DNA of 64,000 nucleotides, from positions 868,001 to 932,000 of the forward strand of contig OZ287072.1 in assembly GCA_965645245.1 (NCBI GenBank), written 5' to 3'. Below are positions 11,731-26,227 of the stretch, in pieces. Within the stretch, counting starts at the first letter, position 1; each line of letters opens with the position of its first letter. Both the position numbers and the translations under genes were made by a program. The stretch comes from Massalongia carnosa (taxonomy: Eukaryota). The notes under the pieces were generated by a model, which saw only the letters and a program-made list of their open reading frames with translations, did no database searches and had not been told where the DNA came from.

Positions 11731-14700
11731 CTAACCCTCTTTACCAGATTTCCATGAACCCTCTCCCCTATCTCCCAGCCTACCCTCGCACCTTGACTTC
11801 TTCACAGTCCCCCTACGCACTCCCTGAGGATTAATGACCGGAGTTTCGCGCGGCCCGCTAAGGATTGTCTGTGACGTAACGCGGCCAGAATCGGGATCAG
11901 GCGTGGTGCTGGTGCTGGGTGAATTGGAGGTGCTTTGTAAAGCGAAAGGGATGGGAGAGATGAAAGAGCTGGGATGGAGGCGTTCTGAAGGGCCATGAGA
12001 TATGGGGGAGTGAGCCCGTTTGGGTGCAGGTATTGCCATAAAGGTAGAGATGGTGGAAAATATACGTACAGGGGGTTCTTTCCACGTTTTCGGGTGAAGG
12101 TTACCTAAGTGGCCGGTCATTGGGAATTTCGTCGTAATGTTGCCGGGAACGATCAAGCTCAAGCTATTGGAAAGCGAGTTGGGACGCGGCCTTTCCCGAT
12201 TCAACAACCACGCTTTTCTCAACGCCATTCCTAACGCCAACGCGACCGGACGAGCTACGCTGTTCCCAACAATCTTCCACTGCTTAGCAGGCGAGCCCAC
12301 GATGACTTCCTCGTCCGGGAAACCTTGCGCTCGGCGAACTTCCATGACGGTCATGCACCGGCACGCCTCCCAATGAACCCAGGCGCCGCAAAGGTTGTCC
12401 TGCGGCGTGCAGGCTGTCGTCACGGTCGCTATCAGCGCGTTAGGGAGAACTCGCTTCCAACTCCTGGACTTATCGGGATGGTTTTGTTGAAATGGATTCG
12501 GGTCTGAGACTTCGATCTGTGGACGAGGCATCCATCCTCGCTCTTTCGCTGTGATAAAATTCATTCCAGGGGGGTATCGTGGGACACATGAGATTCGGAT
12601 GTGGTTAAGAGCTGACTCTTTTCGGCTAGGGCGATGGTCCGGGAATCGGATGCAGTCCGTACGTGCATCGTAGTTCAACGGTAAGTCTTTTGTAGCTTCT
12701 CCAATCGTGACGTACTCAAAGGGCACTATATTCTCATGGCGTCGGCCAATTGTGAGCCCATTCGCAGTCCTACCAAGCGAACGAAGGCCCCTAGTAAGTT
12801 CTGGGCTGGAATGTGACTGTGGAGGATCAGGTAGAGGCGTTAGACCCGAGGCTGCGATGGAGATAAACAATCTTGTCCGGCTTTGCGGAGCTCCAAAGCT
12901 CCAGGCATCAAGAGTGAAGGACCGAACCTGATATCCCATGCCAACTAGGGCACATAGGACCTGCGCGAAAACATTTTTGTCACCATCCTTGGCTTTACAT
13001 TTTGCCATACCAGTCACGTTTTCGAGTAAAGCGTATTTTGGACGGTAGAAATCCACGAACGAGACAACTGAAGCCACCATGGACACATTAAGAAGAGCTT
13101 GGTCGTTGCCTTTCCATTGGTTGGCCGTGGAAAAGCCTTGACATGGGCTCCCGGCCGATATAAACTCAACAGAGCCCACAGGAGCCACGAGCGTGCTTTT
13201 GCTTCCATTCATCGCTTGGCTAAGGTAATCGTTGACTGAGCCACAAAATAGGTGGATGTTGGTGGGAGCTCGAAGGTTAGCTCTATAAGTATGAATCGCT
13301 TCCTTGAAGTAATCCACAGCCCATTCAAATCTTACAGCGCCACCCTCCTCAAGCCCCCGGCCCAAGTTTCCTCCCCCGCAGAATATGTCTAGACCCCTCA
13401 TTACTGATTGAGAAGGGGTATTAATTGGATTCCATCCTTGCTTCATAGAGCATGGCCACGGCTTTGCTAGAGGTATTAAGCCAAGCGCTGATTCATGCGA
13501 GTCTTGGTACATGATATAGTAAAAATCCGCCGTGCCCCGTCGACGATATTGAGTCGGAATTTTGTTATGCTCTTTATCCTGCGTGGTATAAAACCGAATA
13601 TGACAGGGACGGATGATGTCTTTGGCTTCGATATCTTCGATGACGGCTGTATATACGAGCTCGTTGGGTTCAGCGTCTTGATGTCCAAAATCTCTACCTC
13701 TGCGTAAAAGCCGTCTAACTCGTACGGTATCCTTATGCCCTTTGAAATGTATCTCAATCAGTTCAACGGGCTCAAGAGCCTGTCGGCGCTTCAAAGAGCT
13801 TACAACTAGCAAGGTGTCTCCAATCTCAAGATCTAGAGGTTTACTCGGCAACTTGCATTTGCATCGAAAATCAGATGCTTGTAAAGTAACCCAACTCTGT
13901 TCATCACCAATGTATTTCTGACGGACAAAATAATCCGTTTCAAGGTTGTCAGGACTTCCGAAGAACGATATTTGAGGTTGATGAATGATTTCATGAGCGT
14001 AGATATAATCATCGTCACAGTTGCAGTGATCGCTCAGAAACAGTTCGTTCTCAAATGGGTACCGCATTAATTGACATGCCGTATCCGAAGGACGATACAA
14101 CCAAATAATACTCAGCGCTTGCCCCTTCTTGAGCTCCGTGGTCCCTTGAACGTACCCGTACCACAGATTGTCCTTAGTTTTCCACTTTGTTACTTTGTCA
14201 GGAGTGATAGCGATCACGTCCCCCTTTGATATGTCTTTCCTCGCAGCAACATTCTCCCTTAAGCTATCGCCATCGTTCTTAATTCCTACTACTTTCTTAT
14301 AACGACTTGAAGGTTCCAATGCCACTTCGCCCTGCTTGCTCGCCGAGGGCAGAAGGCGTGGTTCTTGTAGGTCTAGGAATTTGGCCCAGGGCAGATGTTT
14401 AAAGCAATCGAACACGAACGGCGTTACGGTGGTCTTTCGAATTGCTGTTTTTGACAATGACACGCTTGGTCGCTTAGAGTATTTTTGATCCTTTATTTTC
14501 TTTGGATCTTCGGTTTGAATAGACACGGCATTCAAACTCACCCAGTCTATCTCACCCCACAGAGGATGAGACCCGTATTTCACATCCACCTGTAATGCTT
14601 GATAGGATAAGAAGACTGAGTGAGCGGCTACAGCACGACGAAAATCCGTATCCCCGTACTCTTTTTGCCAACTTTGCAGTTTGCCATCCGGTCTATGAAT

Positions 14701-15523
14701 ATCCTGAAGCCAGGCAAAAAAGTGTGACTTGAACTCTATAAGAGAGACGTTGTCGTGATCAGACAGATAGTCAATCACGTGCTTTGCAAAATCTGCCATC
14801 CATATGAAAGGTTCGTGATATCGCTTGTATTCAGACGCCGGCGTCTTCAACGTGTACCAAATGTCCTGTCGTTTGCCTTGAATGGACTGTATCCACACAC
14901 ACGAGCCAACCGTATCCAAATCTTTATCCTCGTAACCTCCAATGGAGAGAATCTCGAATGGAACCTTTTGAACATATGCTTCCGCTTCGCCAGACCGAAG
15001 GATTCCATCAAAATACCAGATCTTTTCGCCCTTCCGATTTATGTCATGGAGCGAGACCATCTCATTCGCGAGGACCTTTTCCTCCTTTTTTTTGGTCTTC
15101 ATATTGTAGTTAACTGACCTGTGTGGTCGGTATATAACGAAATCTTGGAGTTCCATGGTCATAAATACATCATTTCCAAATATTGACTGATGACGCTCTG
15201 TAGCATTCTCGTCTGCCTGAGACTGAGTGAGTCAAGGATTCGAGATTTTTGCCTGTTGAACGTACCAGTATGCGTTGTAACACAGCTTTCTCTTGTTGTA
15301 CAGGCGCATTATGTTCGTGTCCTTGATAAGAAGACTTGGGGTATAATAATTCAGGTATACGAAGTCCCTGAAACCATTGTTTGCATTGTTTTTTACCCGA
15401 TTCTTCCACAAGCTTAAATCCTTCATCCTCGCTGCGCTCTGCCGAGTATTTCCTCTTCCTCGATGATCCTTCTGGTACTGATAGTTTGGAAGTATAAGTA
15501 GTAGCGCCGTTGGTGATATGCAT
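11731..15523 (-). CDS. dim-2: DIM-2-type cytosine-5 DNA methyltransferase (BAH domains plus C5-MTase)
   Basis: BAH-like region (IIWLYRPSDT...YPFENELFLSDHCNC) and MTase motifs I (LDIFCGGGNLGRGLEEGG), IV (SAGSPCQGFS), VI (LLENV), VIII (PQSRTRLFI) and IX-X (EVRRAQGFPD, IVGNSV). A short intron starting at 15265 joins the 5' exon in frame; the start codon is inferred. Confidence 0.92.
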
Positions 15524-15742
15524 AGGAAGCGAAGCTTCAGAAACGTCAGAGAGATTCTCATTGATAAGATCTGGTAAGGTCAGCTTTTGACGACGCTTCT
15601 CGTTCTCTCCATTCCTGCAGGATGTTCTAATTACCATAAAGAAGGGATGGAGACATTGCTGCAAAGCTCTAAAGCAATCGCTAGACTTTTTTCACCTCAA
15701 TGTGGACGTTACAAAGATCAACATAACAACTGAGGGACTAAA

Positions 15743-15843
15743 ACGCGTCGTGTATTGAATATTTAATGCTATACTTTAGAAGCTAAAGTGGGTATGCTTG
15801 ATATCCAATAGAAGAGCTTTTCGTACGAAGCTCCATGACGCGT
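15743..15843. promoter_or_regulatory. Two MCB-like boxes (ACGCGT) upstream of dim-2
   Basis: ACGCGT at 15743-15748 and 15838-15843, 220-320 bp upstream of the inferred ATG. Confidence 0.5.
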
Positions 15844-16284
15844 AAAGAAACAACATCCAGAACGATAGACAGTATGAATCGAAAGAATAATGAGTTCTAG
15901 CAAGTGCATTCCGTTTCAAAATGGCAGAATCGGAAGGCGGTGGATTGCCCGGAAAAATGAAAGACCTTCTCCGGACACCGCGCTATTGAATTACCGTGAC
16001 ACTCCTTGATTCTTCCGCCGCCAGACTCAACGCTAATGAAACTCCCCAGCAATTATAATGGTCGCATGGCTTAGGTTTTTCTTCAAAAGTTCAGGTACCT
16101 GCAGGCATATCCCACATCGGCTTTCTTGATTTGATAGAATCTAGGCTCCAGTGTTGAGTTGAGGGGTTTGCCAATGGAGCCAGAGCACTATCAAGGCCTA
16201 CCGCCACGTCTAGAGTGATCCTGAAGCCACACACTGCAGATTTTCAGCGACCGGCTTCGAATGGCTTGAACCGAACTTGCCAAC

Positions 16285-18283
16285 CTACGGTCCACTATTG
16301 ATATCGTCCAGTTCGTAGAGCGAATGGTTAAGAATATCCGACTCCGGCTCCACGTAAGGGACCATGCGCCATTGGGTTCGGACAGCTAACAATGATGACT
16401 GTCCAAACGGATCAACCTTGCGGCCTCGGACATAAGGGATCTGTTTCAATCTTATCGTTTCGCCGTCGATCTCAAAGTGCGTCTTGCCGTTTCCACCGAA
16501 TGCGATGACAGCAAGCATTGATCGGGTCCCCAAGCCCCACCCCTGTTGACTTGCGTGTTCATCACTCGCCTCAAATATGTGCTGCGCGATACGTTGAAGT
16601 TGATGCTCGTAGAGACTTAGCCAGCTAGGCTTGATCTTGTTGTAGGCGTTTAAAGGTTCCCCAGTTGATGGCCATCGCTGGATGGCAAGCGTTATAAGAT
16701 ATCTAAGCTTCTTTGTATGGCTCTTATAGATGTTAGCTTGAACCTACACACTAGGCGGCCAGATACTGACGAGAAAGGACCGGTAACCAGAGCTTGGGGA
16801 GACGCTCGACACTTTCGTGTCCGGGAATGCAACAGATAGTTGCCGCAGCTCTGTGCAGCTAGTACATATTTCATCAAATTCCTGGGTCTCATACGTGTGT
16901 GCATTTTTCATGGATGAGGAACTGCGGACGAAGAGTGACAGCAGAGTCTTCCCATGGTGAGCAAGAGTAGAATGTTTTGGCAAGCGCTGCATATGATTAA
17001 TATCGATGTGCAGAACCTCCAGCTTAGACAGGCTTTCGAGTAGCCCTTCGAACGCCTCAAGAGCATGAGGCTCATGCGTTTCTTCCTGTAGCCATCGTAG
17101 ATTCCTTAATTTCGATGGACGTAGATGTGGTTTGCTAAGTTGCGTAAATATAACATCCGATCCTACGCAGCTGTTCAAAGTTAGTTTCTACGTGCATGCT
17201 CGTGCCTTAGCTATTGACTAACTCGTGGAGTTGTAGATCCTCTAACGTATTGAAGGTAATGACTTTCAAAAAGGTATCCGCCGCGTAACGCAACTCTATA
17301 TTATCCAAACTAAGGTTCTTTAACGCCATAGGCGTGCAAGACTCAAAAGGCAGCATATGACTAAACATAGTTCTTGTGAGGAGTCCCGGCTGTGTACTTG
17401 AATCGTGGAGATTGTCGGGTATTGGGATCCCTGTAAATCGAAACCCTGGCGCTAGATATAGCTTGGTGATGCTGGGTTTTGCTTCCAGCAGCTTCTGGCA
17501 TGCCTGTAACCGATCGACCGTATCAGGATAGAAATTGAGGCTTTCGACATCTTTGAAGCTCTCGGCAATATCAATGTCTTTTCCAAGCAAAGGTGCGATG
17601 TTAGAATCCATTGCCCCAATCTCTATCGACTGTAGGCGTTGCTGCTTTTTACATAGCAATAGCCAGTTATCAACTGCAAAGGGTTCCCAGTTTTGCCAGC
17701 TAAGGTGTGTTAGCTACCTTTGTATCAGGGTTTGCAATATATAGAAATTTCAACTTTTTTAAATTGAGGAAATACTACTTGAGTACTAGTATTGTTACAA
17801 GAAGCAGATTGAGATGAGGATATACATACCTAAAAGTTTCAAGAATATTGACAGGTAGAAAATCTAACAAAAGACGGACGGTAAACTGGGCTTGCCGAGC
17901 AGCGACGCTGACATCTTCAACCGTGGGCAGATTCTCTTCATCAGACGAATCATCTGGATCTCGCGGCTTAGGACGGAAGGTCTTCTCGAACTCCATGTAG
18001 ATCTTTCGAATATGTGGAATGCCGGGATTGTCACGCCCGAGCATGGCGCTCAGCCGAAGGTCTTTTCGCCCACCAATAAATAGTAGCATACGCCGGTACA
18101 GAGCAGGCGTTGCGATTTCTTGAAGTTCCTTGCATGTTAGGCAGAGACTTTTTAGGTCTCCTGGCCGTTGAATCTATCGCCAGGGTCAAATCCGTTCAAC
18201 CGTAGATAGCTGTGTTGTCTCACATAGCTTAGAATACTTCTCTTGATATCTAGGGACACATCTTTGAAACTGAATGAAACCAT
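16285..18283 (-). CDS. F-box-like/LRR-like hypothetical protein (multi-exon)
   Basis: N-terminus FKDVSLDIKRSILSY|..RPGDLKSLCLTCKELQEIATPALYR is F-box-like. ORFs 18089-17775, 17659-17207, 17178-16744 and 16533-16285 are linked by short GT-AG introns and contain Leu-rich repeats. Confidence 0.65.
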
Positions 18284-19152
18284 TTCGTGGAGGAGATGGA
18301 ATTAAATTGGCACGAGTTCTTTCGGTGTCATTCAGTTCCTTTAAAGCTCTTGACGGGATATATTGTCAAAACTGAACTGTAGATCTAGAAGTCGGGGCAT
18401 AATGACATAACAAAAGATAAATCTTCGACCTTAAACGAGAAATTCCAACATTGACTATCTACCGTTACAGCCACGATAAGTGAGGTGGGTGTGTTGCCTG
18501 GAGATAATAGGCTGAGGCTGATAGACAGTCGACTATCAGCCCAATGACTTCACATCCTTGACGAAAGGGTTGCAGAAAGCGAGGCGGGGAAAAGCAAGTC
18601 ATCAGAAATTCATCAAGCCACAGCCAAGGGAGGTACAGTACATAACGGGAGGTGAGTGGGTGATACATATCCAAGTACTCGTGCACGTCAGGCACAAAAG
18701 TCGAAATCATGTCGACCATCATTATCTACCTAAGGTACAGGTACCAAGCGCAAAAAAGTACTGGTACATTAATTACAGTACATAGGTATCCATGAAATGA
18801 TTTTGGATGCCCCTCAGCCGACTTTCCTGTTTACTCTGTACTTCGGTATCACCCCGCCTAAGCTCGTCCAAGAAACTCCCCCCTCGTCCCCCTAACATAC
18901 GCTATCTTCTCCTTCCTCTCCTTCATCTCCAACCTTTAATTCTTCAAACTCGCATGTTACCTGGCCTGTTCTTAGGTTTCGTCCATCAGTGTGCAAGAAA
19001 GCTCAACGGCTGTTCAATTAGTCTCAGTCCGGTCCAAAGCCCAAGCGCCGAGAAATATTCCACTTCCAAACCATATGCAGGGTATCGAGGCTCATCAAAA
19101 AGTTGTAGAAAATAGTCAAAGTCGTTCATGAGAAACTGGTTTGCCAAAAGGA

Positions 19153-22100
19153 TCATTTCTTCCCTTTCCGACCACTAACCCCGCTTGTCAATCTCCCAAA
19201 ATTCCCCAGACTTGACTTGGGCTTGTGTAATGGACCTGTAGGTGGAGGAGGCCGTTGAGCGCCACCTCCCGCGCTTGAAGGCCGTAACGACTGTTTGGGC
19301 GCACCTGGCAAGACTTTCTCCTTGCTGCTTTCATTCATTAAATTTCCCGCCGGTGCGCAATCTTCCACCTGACTTTGCAATCGATTTGCACGCCTCGCCT
19401 TCTCTTGTACGCTTTTGAACTTCTCCAGCAGCTCGCCCCACTTGATTGCTCCCTCTTCCCTAGCCTTCAACCGATTTGGCCGGTCGAAAGCGGCGGTTGG
19501 AGTTGGAGGAGTGCTGCCAGATGTTCTTTTAGTAGTGCGCCTCTCCTGCAATTCAAACGGAAGGGGTTGCTACATACGTTCGCGGGGCGATATGAAGGTA
19601 ACCGATAGCGCTAACGCTATTCAGACGATTCTTCAGGGCTGCAAAAGCCGACGACTGGGGAAGCAGCATCAAAAGCCCATATAGACACTTGTATAAATGA
19701 GGATACCTCTCGGGCTCTAAAAGTTGAAGACGTAGATCTGGTGAAGGTCAATCTGCGATTCACTTTTAACCTAAAGAAAGCTTACAGGTAAAAACAGGCG
19801 ATTCAAGTAGTTGTACAAGCTTATCGATTTGAATAAGCATAGTCACAGTCATCTCTAACTCAGCGCTAGATCTGTAAGCCCAGTTCAGCATCGGTGGAGA
19901 ACATAGGCCGCTTACAAAATCTGCAATAGATTATACGCCTGCTCATAGGCTTGAGCAAGTAAGCATAATGAGAATGTTGCTACAGCATTGTGGCACCAAG
20001 ATCTAAATAGCGCAACGAAGAAGGTTTGACCATCCTGGTAGTCTTAGTGGTGTTTACAAGGTCAGGATGCTTCGCAAACGTACTCGGGACTCTAGGTTAC
20101 GCAGGCGTTTACGCAATTCTGCAAGCTCTGGAGCAGTAATAAGGTTGTTGTTCAGGTTCTGAACCATTATACTTGCAAACTCCACGTCCTGGTCTCGAAA
20201 TTAACATAGAAGGGCCAAAAGGGAGACGGACGAGTACCTCGTCCTTTTCAAGACAGTCCGCTAACGTACGGTAAATCCTTTCTGCACTCAGGCTAACACA
20301 TAGCTGTCGAATGATTAGGTTCCCTCGGGTTTCTAGTAATCTTCGATCCGTGCAGAAAAGTTGTAAGAGGTTAACCATGAAAGACGTGAAGTAGCCGTCT
20401 TCGCTATTCTTAGATATTTGTGAGAGCAGTTGTAGATCCCGGGTAACGACAGCTTCTGCCGGATCTGATAGAGTTTTTAGCAGAGCTGGGAAAGTTCCGT
20501 CGTTTGTTGCTAGTACTTTGTTGGGAGCCCTTCGATGAAGCATAATGAGCCATGCAAGAGAGGCTACCCTGGTGGCTTCGTGCTCGTTTAAGAAATGCAG
20601 CGTCAAAGCACCGACGGCTGCTCCATAGTCGAGGCTTACATAAGGTTTTGGTGGTGCTGGTGAGGCTGAAGAAGGAGGCGTCGGCATCGAGGCCTCCTCG
20701 TCTTTCTTCATGTCCGTATCAGTTTCACTTATTTGTGTCGGTCTTGGAGCTGGTGTGGAAGCACGCCTAGCTTTGCCGTCGGCCTCCTTTAGCGTACTAG
20801 TAGTTGTGGGTATACGTGTAGGAGCTACTGGCCGATTTTCTTCTGGGGGATTTTCGTCAGGCAAAGACACGATGTGGTCCATCAAAGAATTGTTGACTCG
20901 GTTTGCAGCTTGTCTCACCAGATCTGCACCGCTAGCCATGGCGGGAAGGACCTGCGAGAGTAGGCTAGGTACAAAAGCAAGAATATCATCAGGACAAATC
21001 TCGAAGAAGCTGTCGATCCAACGTAATGCGGTAAGTTGTATTTCCTCTTCTATAGAGACATCAGCCTGGAGAAAATGAGACTCATATCCAAGATCTCCAA
21101 CCTGAAGATGAATCCAAAAAAGCAACCAATATTTCCAAGATCTTGGAGTGATCGACTTGAACATCCTGTCCTGGGATCCAATCCCCGTCCATGTGGCCAG
21201 GTTGACCATCATTGAGCATCCCTGAATCTATCTCTACGACGTCTGATTTTTCGTTCAACGTGCTATGGTCAGTACGGATACTAGCACTGTCACTAGAGTT
21301 TGAACGTTTTGCTCTGCCATCGCTTTGTCCTTTGCGACTCTCCGCTATACCACGTTTGATTCTAGCAATTTTCTTGATTTCGTTAAGGAATCTTTCCAAG
21401 GCGCCTTGAGTTGCGACGTGTACATCTCTATTTGGATCACTAAGAAATTTGAACAACCCCCCCAGAAAGGCAGGTAAATAAGAAACAAGCTCGAGGTCCG
21501 GAATAGTATCGAGTAATGTAACCCAGGATACAAGAAACGTACGGGTAAAAGGATTAATGACATGAATACGCTCTTGAAGCAAAGGTATGAATTTAGCAAG
21601 CGAAAAAGCGGTTGGCAAGTTTAGTGAGGACGACTCCGTAGATCCTTTGCTTGAGCCTGGGTTCGACGGATTATCGTCGGTTGACTGTAGCAATGACACA
21701 TATGTCGCTGAAGACTCCGAAACGATATCCTTGACAAGCCTATCCAGGAGCTCTGCCCCATTTTTCACGGAAAGTTCCGAGTCGGCAGCGAGCTTCCAAC
21801 GGTGTTAGTCCATCGTTTCAAACAGTTATCCTCATGCTCAAAGTACTTACTTTGCAAAGAGCGTCGAAGACATCATTAAAGAATAATAAAATCTCCCCCT
21901 TAGCAACCTTTGCAATATTATACATGCTCTCGCAAGCATAGTATCGAACCCTTGCATCTTGATCTGTGAAGCAAGCCAAGACCGGAGGTACTATTTCTTT
22001 CAGATATCGTGCAACATCCTCCTTGGAGAGAATCAGTGTCAATTCCCATGCGTAACTGTAGCAACTATACCTACTGAACCCAAGGCAATCGAAGCGGCGG

Positions 22101-22359
22101 CAAGTCCGATGAGACCACCATTCCGAGCGTGAGGCTGATGCACAGCATATGCATAGTCATGGCAGAGCTGATCAACGATCTTGGCTATACGCTCGTATTC
22201 ATGGTTTGCGCTGGCTTCTCGTACAATTCTTTCCAAGCTACATATTATATGGTGAGCATACCGTGTTGTAAGGCAGTTTGCTGGGACTTACTCAAGCGCG
22301 CCTTGCTTTCTTTTATCATAGAGCTTATCGTTGAGGAGACGCTGTACCGCAGGATCCAT
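19153..22359 (-). CDS. VAC14: Vacuole morphology and inheritance protein 14 (PIKfyve/Fab1 complex scaffold)
   Basis: [75 protein letters not shown] and [18 protein letters not shown]; several introns. Confidence 0.96.
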
Positions 22360-22810
22360 CTCATCTGTAGTGTTGCTAGCAAAAACTCGTTGATCAGCTG
22401 GTAGGTTAGCTTGAGAAAACCTGGTTAATCAACGACGAAATCTCGGTGAAGTCGGCCTGCGGAGAAAGAATTGTACATGCACTCTTGCAATTCATATTAC
22501 AAGGTCCTCTTTCAAATCTTAATGTAAGTTGATTTGGGAAAGCCAACATCAGCCTGGAAGTATAGAGCGGGGAAGAAAGAAATGTGTTGCACCAAGCATC
22601 CTCGTTGTCAAAGTTCCACTTAAATCTCGCAAATGGCTTGGACTTGGAGGGGAACGATCTAGTCACGTGCTATAATCAATCAGTCACTTCAGTTATCATG
22701 TAAATAGACAAGTATAGACTGTTTCTATGGCCGAATCTATAAGTCTAGAGTACCGCAACTCCAAATCAGTCTCGCCTAGTTATATTTCTGTGTCTGAAAC
22801 CCCCTTATTC

Positions 22811-24327
22811 TTAAACTTCCAAGAAACTCAAAATGCTCCGATGTACGCTTATCTTGCTGGAAGGCCTGTTTGGCATGCTGACAACACTGTCCTTCTTCGT
22901 GCCTGCCTTACTACCCTCAGCCTTGGTTGTTCTATCACTAACCCGAGATTCACCATCCTCGTGCATCTTTCCTTCCATCTGTTTGCTGCTGCTATGCCGT
23001 TTCGACCTCCCACTTGCCCTGGACTTCTTAGAGCCAGCCTGACTCACGCTATCACTTGGGGCAACTGATCCCAGCACACTTTCAGCATCGTGTTGGTGGC
23101 TGCCACCCAAGAAGCTTGTTGCACGGCTATGCGGTAACGGCAGATCCCTTGCAACCTTTACTTCTGTCACTACAGACGGTTGGGCCGCTGCAAAGTTTGC
23201 CGGGATTATCGTTTTTGCCACTGAAGACACCTTAGAGGGTTTGGATTGCATGGACGCAACGGATAGAGCTTTGCTACTTGGTGGTTGAAGTTGACCATCG
23301 GTATTGCTACGTGCTAGTGACCCTAAGGGGTAACGAGGAACTTCTGTTGGGGGGACAAAGGTATCAATTAGAGTACCATGAACAGCAGGTGCAGTAAGGG
23401 TTCGAGGTCCAAGAGTACGAACAGAAACAGCTGTCTGGTGAGACTTCATGCTCCGACCGGAGACCGAACTTGGAGGATGTGGGTACTCTATCTCCCGTAA
23501 GACGGTCCGGGGGACTTGGGAAACAACCGATTGTGAATAAGGTTGCCTGTATTCCATCACAGATTGCGCAGCGGGAAGGTCCTGAGCTTCAATGGTGTGG
23601 TAAGTGATGGTTCTAGGTTCTGCGGGTTTAACGCTGTCATCCTCTGCCTTTGTCATGGCATAGGCCACTGCAGCACCTGCGGCAGCACCAAGAAGTGTGC
23701 CAATTATAGCCCTGGAGCTGATCTCACTTTTTGGCTTAGTTTCTGGCATGGGCTGTGAAACTACCATGGTCGGCGTTGTGATGTTGTTAATAGTAATTTG
23801 TGGTGAAGCTTGAGAGACACGACCTGTAGTACTTTTTGCTATATTCTTTTGCCAGTTCAACACTTGAGGATCTTCGAAATTGCCGGTTATGATGCGCGTA
23901 GACTGGACAATGCGGTTGCGATGCATCACTTCAATAGAGTTGTTGTCGAAATCAATGATAGCGGCACTGTAATAACCCGTTTCCTGATCACGAACGGCAG
24001 GCTCTCCGTGGATTCGGCCACCAGCTTTTAAAGCAGCAGAAAAGAAGGCATCAACAGCGTTACGTGAAGGGGCCACAAAGGCAATATGTGCTGCGCTTGC
24101 TTTGACGCTTCAAATATGTCAGCTGAAAATGCTACCCGCCATATATCTGAAAGCTCTTACGATAAGGTTTCCTGAGAGATGAAGAACTCCGCATCCTTCA
24201 CACCAAATGCAATTTGACTACCTTCTTGACCAAGGTATCGATACCCAAGCGGCGTAAGAGCAGCAAGGAAAAACGAGCAAGATGTCGGAAGGTGAGAGAC
24301 AGTAAGTCCAATATGAGACACAGGCAT
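22811..24327 (-). CDS. VOC/glyoxalase-domain protein with long Ser/Lys-rich C-terminal extension
   Basis: MPVSHIGLTVSHL..SCSFFLAALTPLGY and AHIAFVAPSRNAVDAFFSAALKAGG..HGEP..YYSAAIIDFDNNSIEV. Intron 24160-24108. A hydrophobic IIGTLLGAAAGAAVAYAM segment follows. Confidence 0.8.
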
Positions 24328-25265
24328 GAGGGCACGAAGAATAAGCAAACGACGAAAGTTGTGTTGTTCAAAGAAAGTATGACAGCCGCAGTTTGTGTAG
24401 ATTGAAGAAGGATAATAGAAGGAAGCTTCGCTTCAATAAATAGGGAGTTGAACTTGCTGATTGGCCCCTCATCAATCGGTCAAACACGGAAAGCAAGGCG
24501 AACAATGCTGGCAAGATTGGTACCTGACTTACTCAGATGCTTCGTTTGATTCGTGAAGGCAGACATATTAGATTCCCGATATGCCCAATTGGTCTAAGCC
24601 AACTCGCCACGTTGAGTGGCATGCACCCAAACCTAAGTAATAGAAAATAGATATTAGGCGCAATGTAGTCAGCCAATCAGTTTCCCATCCATGTGATACG
24701 CCAGATTTCTCCACTTGACTGAAGAGGGCGTCCAATAAATTCCATATAGCTTTCTGCTGCAAATGGTCTTGTAAACGGAACGTAAAGTAAGAACTCCAAG
24801 TCATTCTCTATCCGTTTTCTCTTCCCATAGTATAATAATGCAGATTTCAAACGAAGGTGCTTAAACTAATCAAGCGCCAGGAAATTGTTCAGTATGCTGT
24901 GACTTACCAATGAAAAGTCCGCCAATTTATCTCTAAGGGCAAAACACAGTTATATTACAGAGAAGAACAGGACAAGATGAGTGGTGGAGCAAGTTGAAGT
25001 GCTCCACGACGACATAAAGACGCCTTGAGTCTGTTGAACCTTGATGTTCTTGTTGCAAAAACAAAACCAGATTTACAGGCCTCAATGCAAGTTAAGGTAA
25101 CATGAGAGGGAGCTTTGATGTTGGTATCGCAGCTATCGCATGTTTCCTTCTGGAGCATTTAGTAGAAATGTAACGGTCGGATTGCGTCGGTTCTCTCCAA
25201 GCAAGAAAGCTAGCAGCGGTGGACGTGCTCCGTCGAATGACCTACTCTCTAGAGCCTATGAACTT

Positions 25266-26227
25266 TCAAATGATATTCCAAACATCCTCAGCTGCATTGC
25301 AAAATTTTCCACACGCAACGCTGGCGCTGAGGCTGAAGTTGCTTATGCTAATGGTATCGTCCTTGATATTGTCCGCAAAGTCGTCATTACCTTTAGCCAT
25401 AGCGCCAACAAACACGCAGATACTTTGATTCGGCTCAATATCTGATATGTAGTCTGCTACTCGTACTACCTCAGCGTCGAAGCTAAGTGTAACCTTGCGG
25501 CAGTTCGGGGGAAGGTGGTCGGTAATTGGGTTTTTGATAACTTTGAGCAGCTTTTCCTGCGAATTGGTGGAACGGATAGAAAGACGATGCAAAAGCTGCA
25601 CCATAAGCCCAGCAAATCGCTTAAAAGTTCGAGGTATCCGTACAGTGGGGCTGACCTCGATTAGAACCCCTTTAGCTGTATGGATGTAGATTTGAAGTTT
25701 TCCAGCTTTGTTTACAGGCGAGTCAAGGAGAGTGAGTAGACACTGAGAGTTAGTCAGTGTAAGTAGACCTGGGAAAGACTGGGAACAATATCCACGATTG
25801 TGGGCAGGGTTGCGGTGCATACCTGATGAGTGATATCTGGGCGTGCATCGCTAATGTCCCTATTCATTTTTCGCATGACACCAATATGCTCGTCACTATT
25901 GAGGAGCGAGTACTTTTCATCTTTTACAGAGCCACCTCGCCCACCGTGGGAGGCTTTATAAGTCTCGAGGCTGGCGTTGGAGAGAACGACAATCAGCCTT
26001 TGGGTATCTTTATCGTTAGATGCTATTGGAATATGCTGTTCGGCAACAAGTTGAGGAAGCTCTGGTGGTGGGCACGATTGGGTTATTCCTGGTGAATCCG
26101 CAAAAGGTCAGCATTATCAATTAGATGCTGGGCTGCGGTGTTTCCACGGGCAGGCGATCATTGCTATTGTCTCGGGTGGCGGGACCACCTTACTCTGTCG
26201 TTTTCTTGGTCTGCTCTCAGGAGACAT
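25266..26227 (-). CDS. NEP1: 18S rRNA pseudouridine methyltransferase Nep1/Emg1
   Basis: [72 protein letters not shown] and [12 protein letters not shown]; two introns. Confidence 0.96.
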
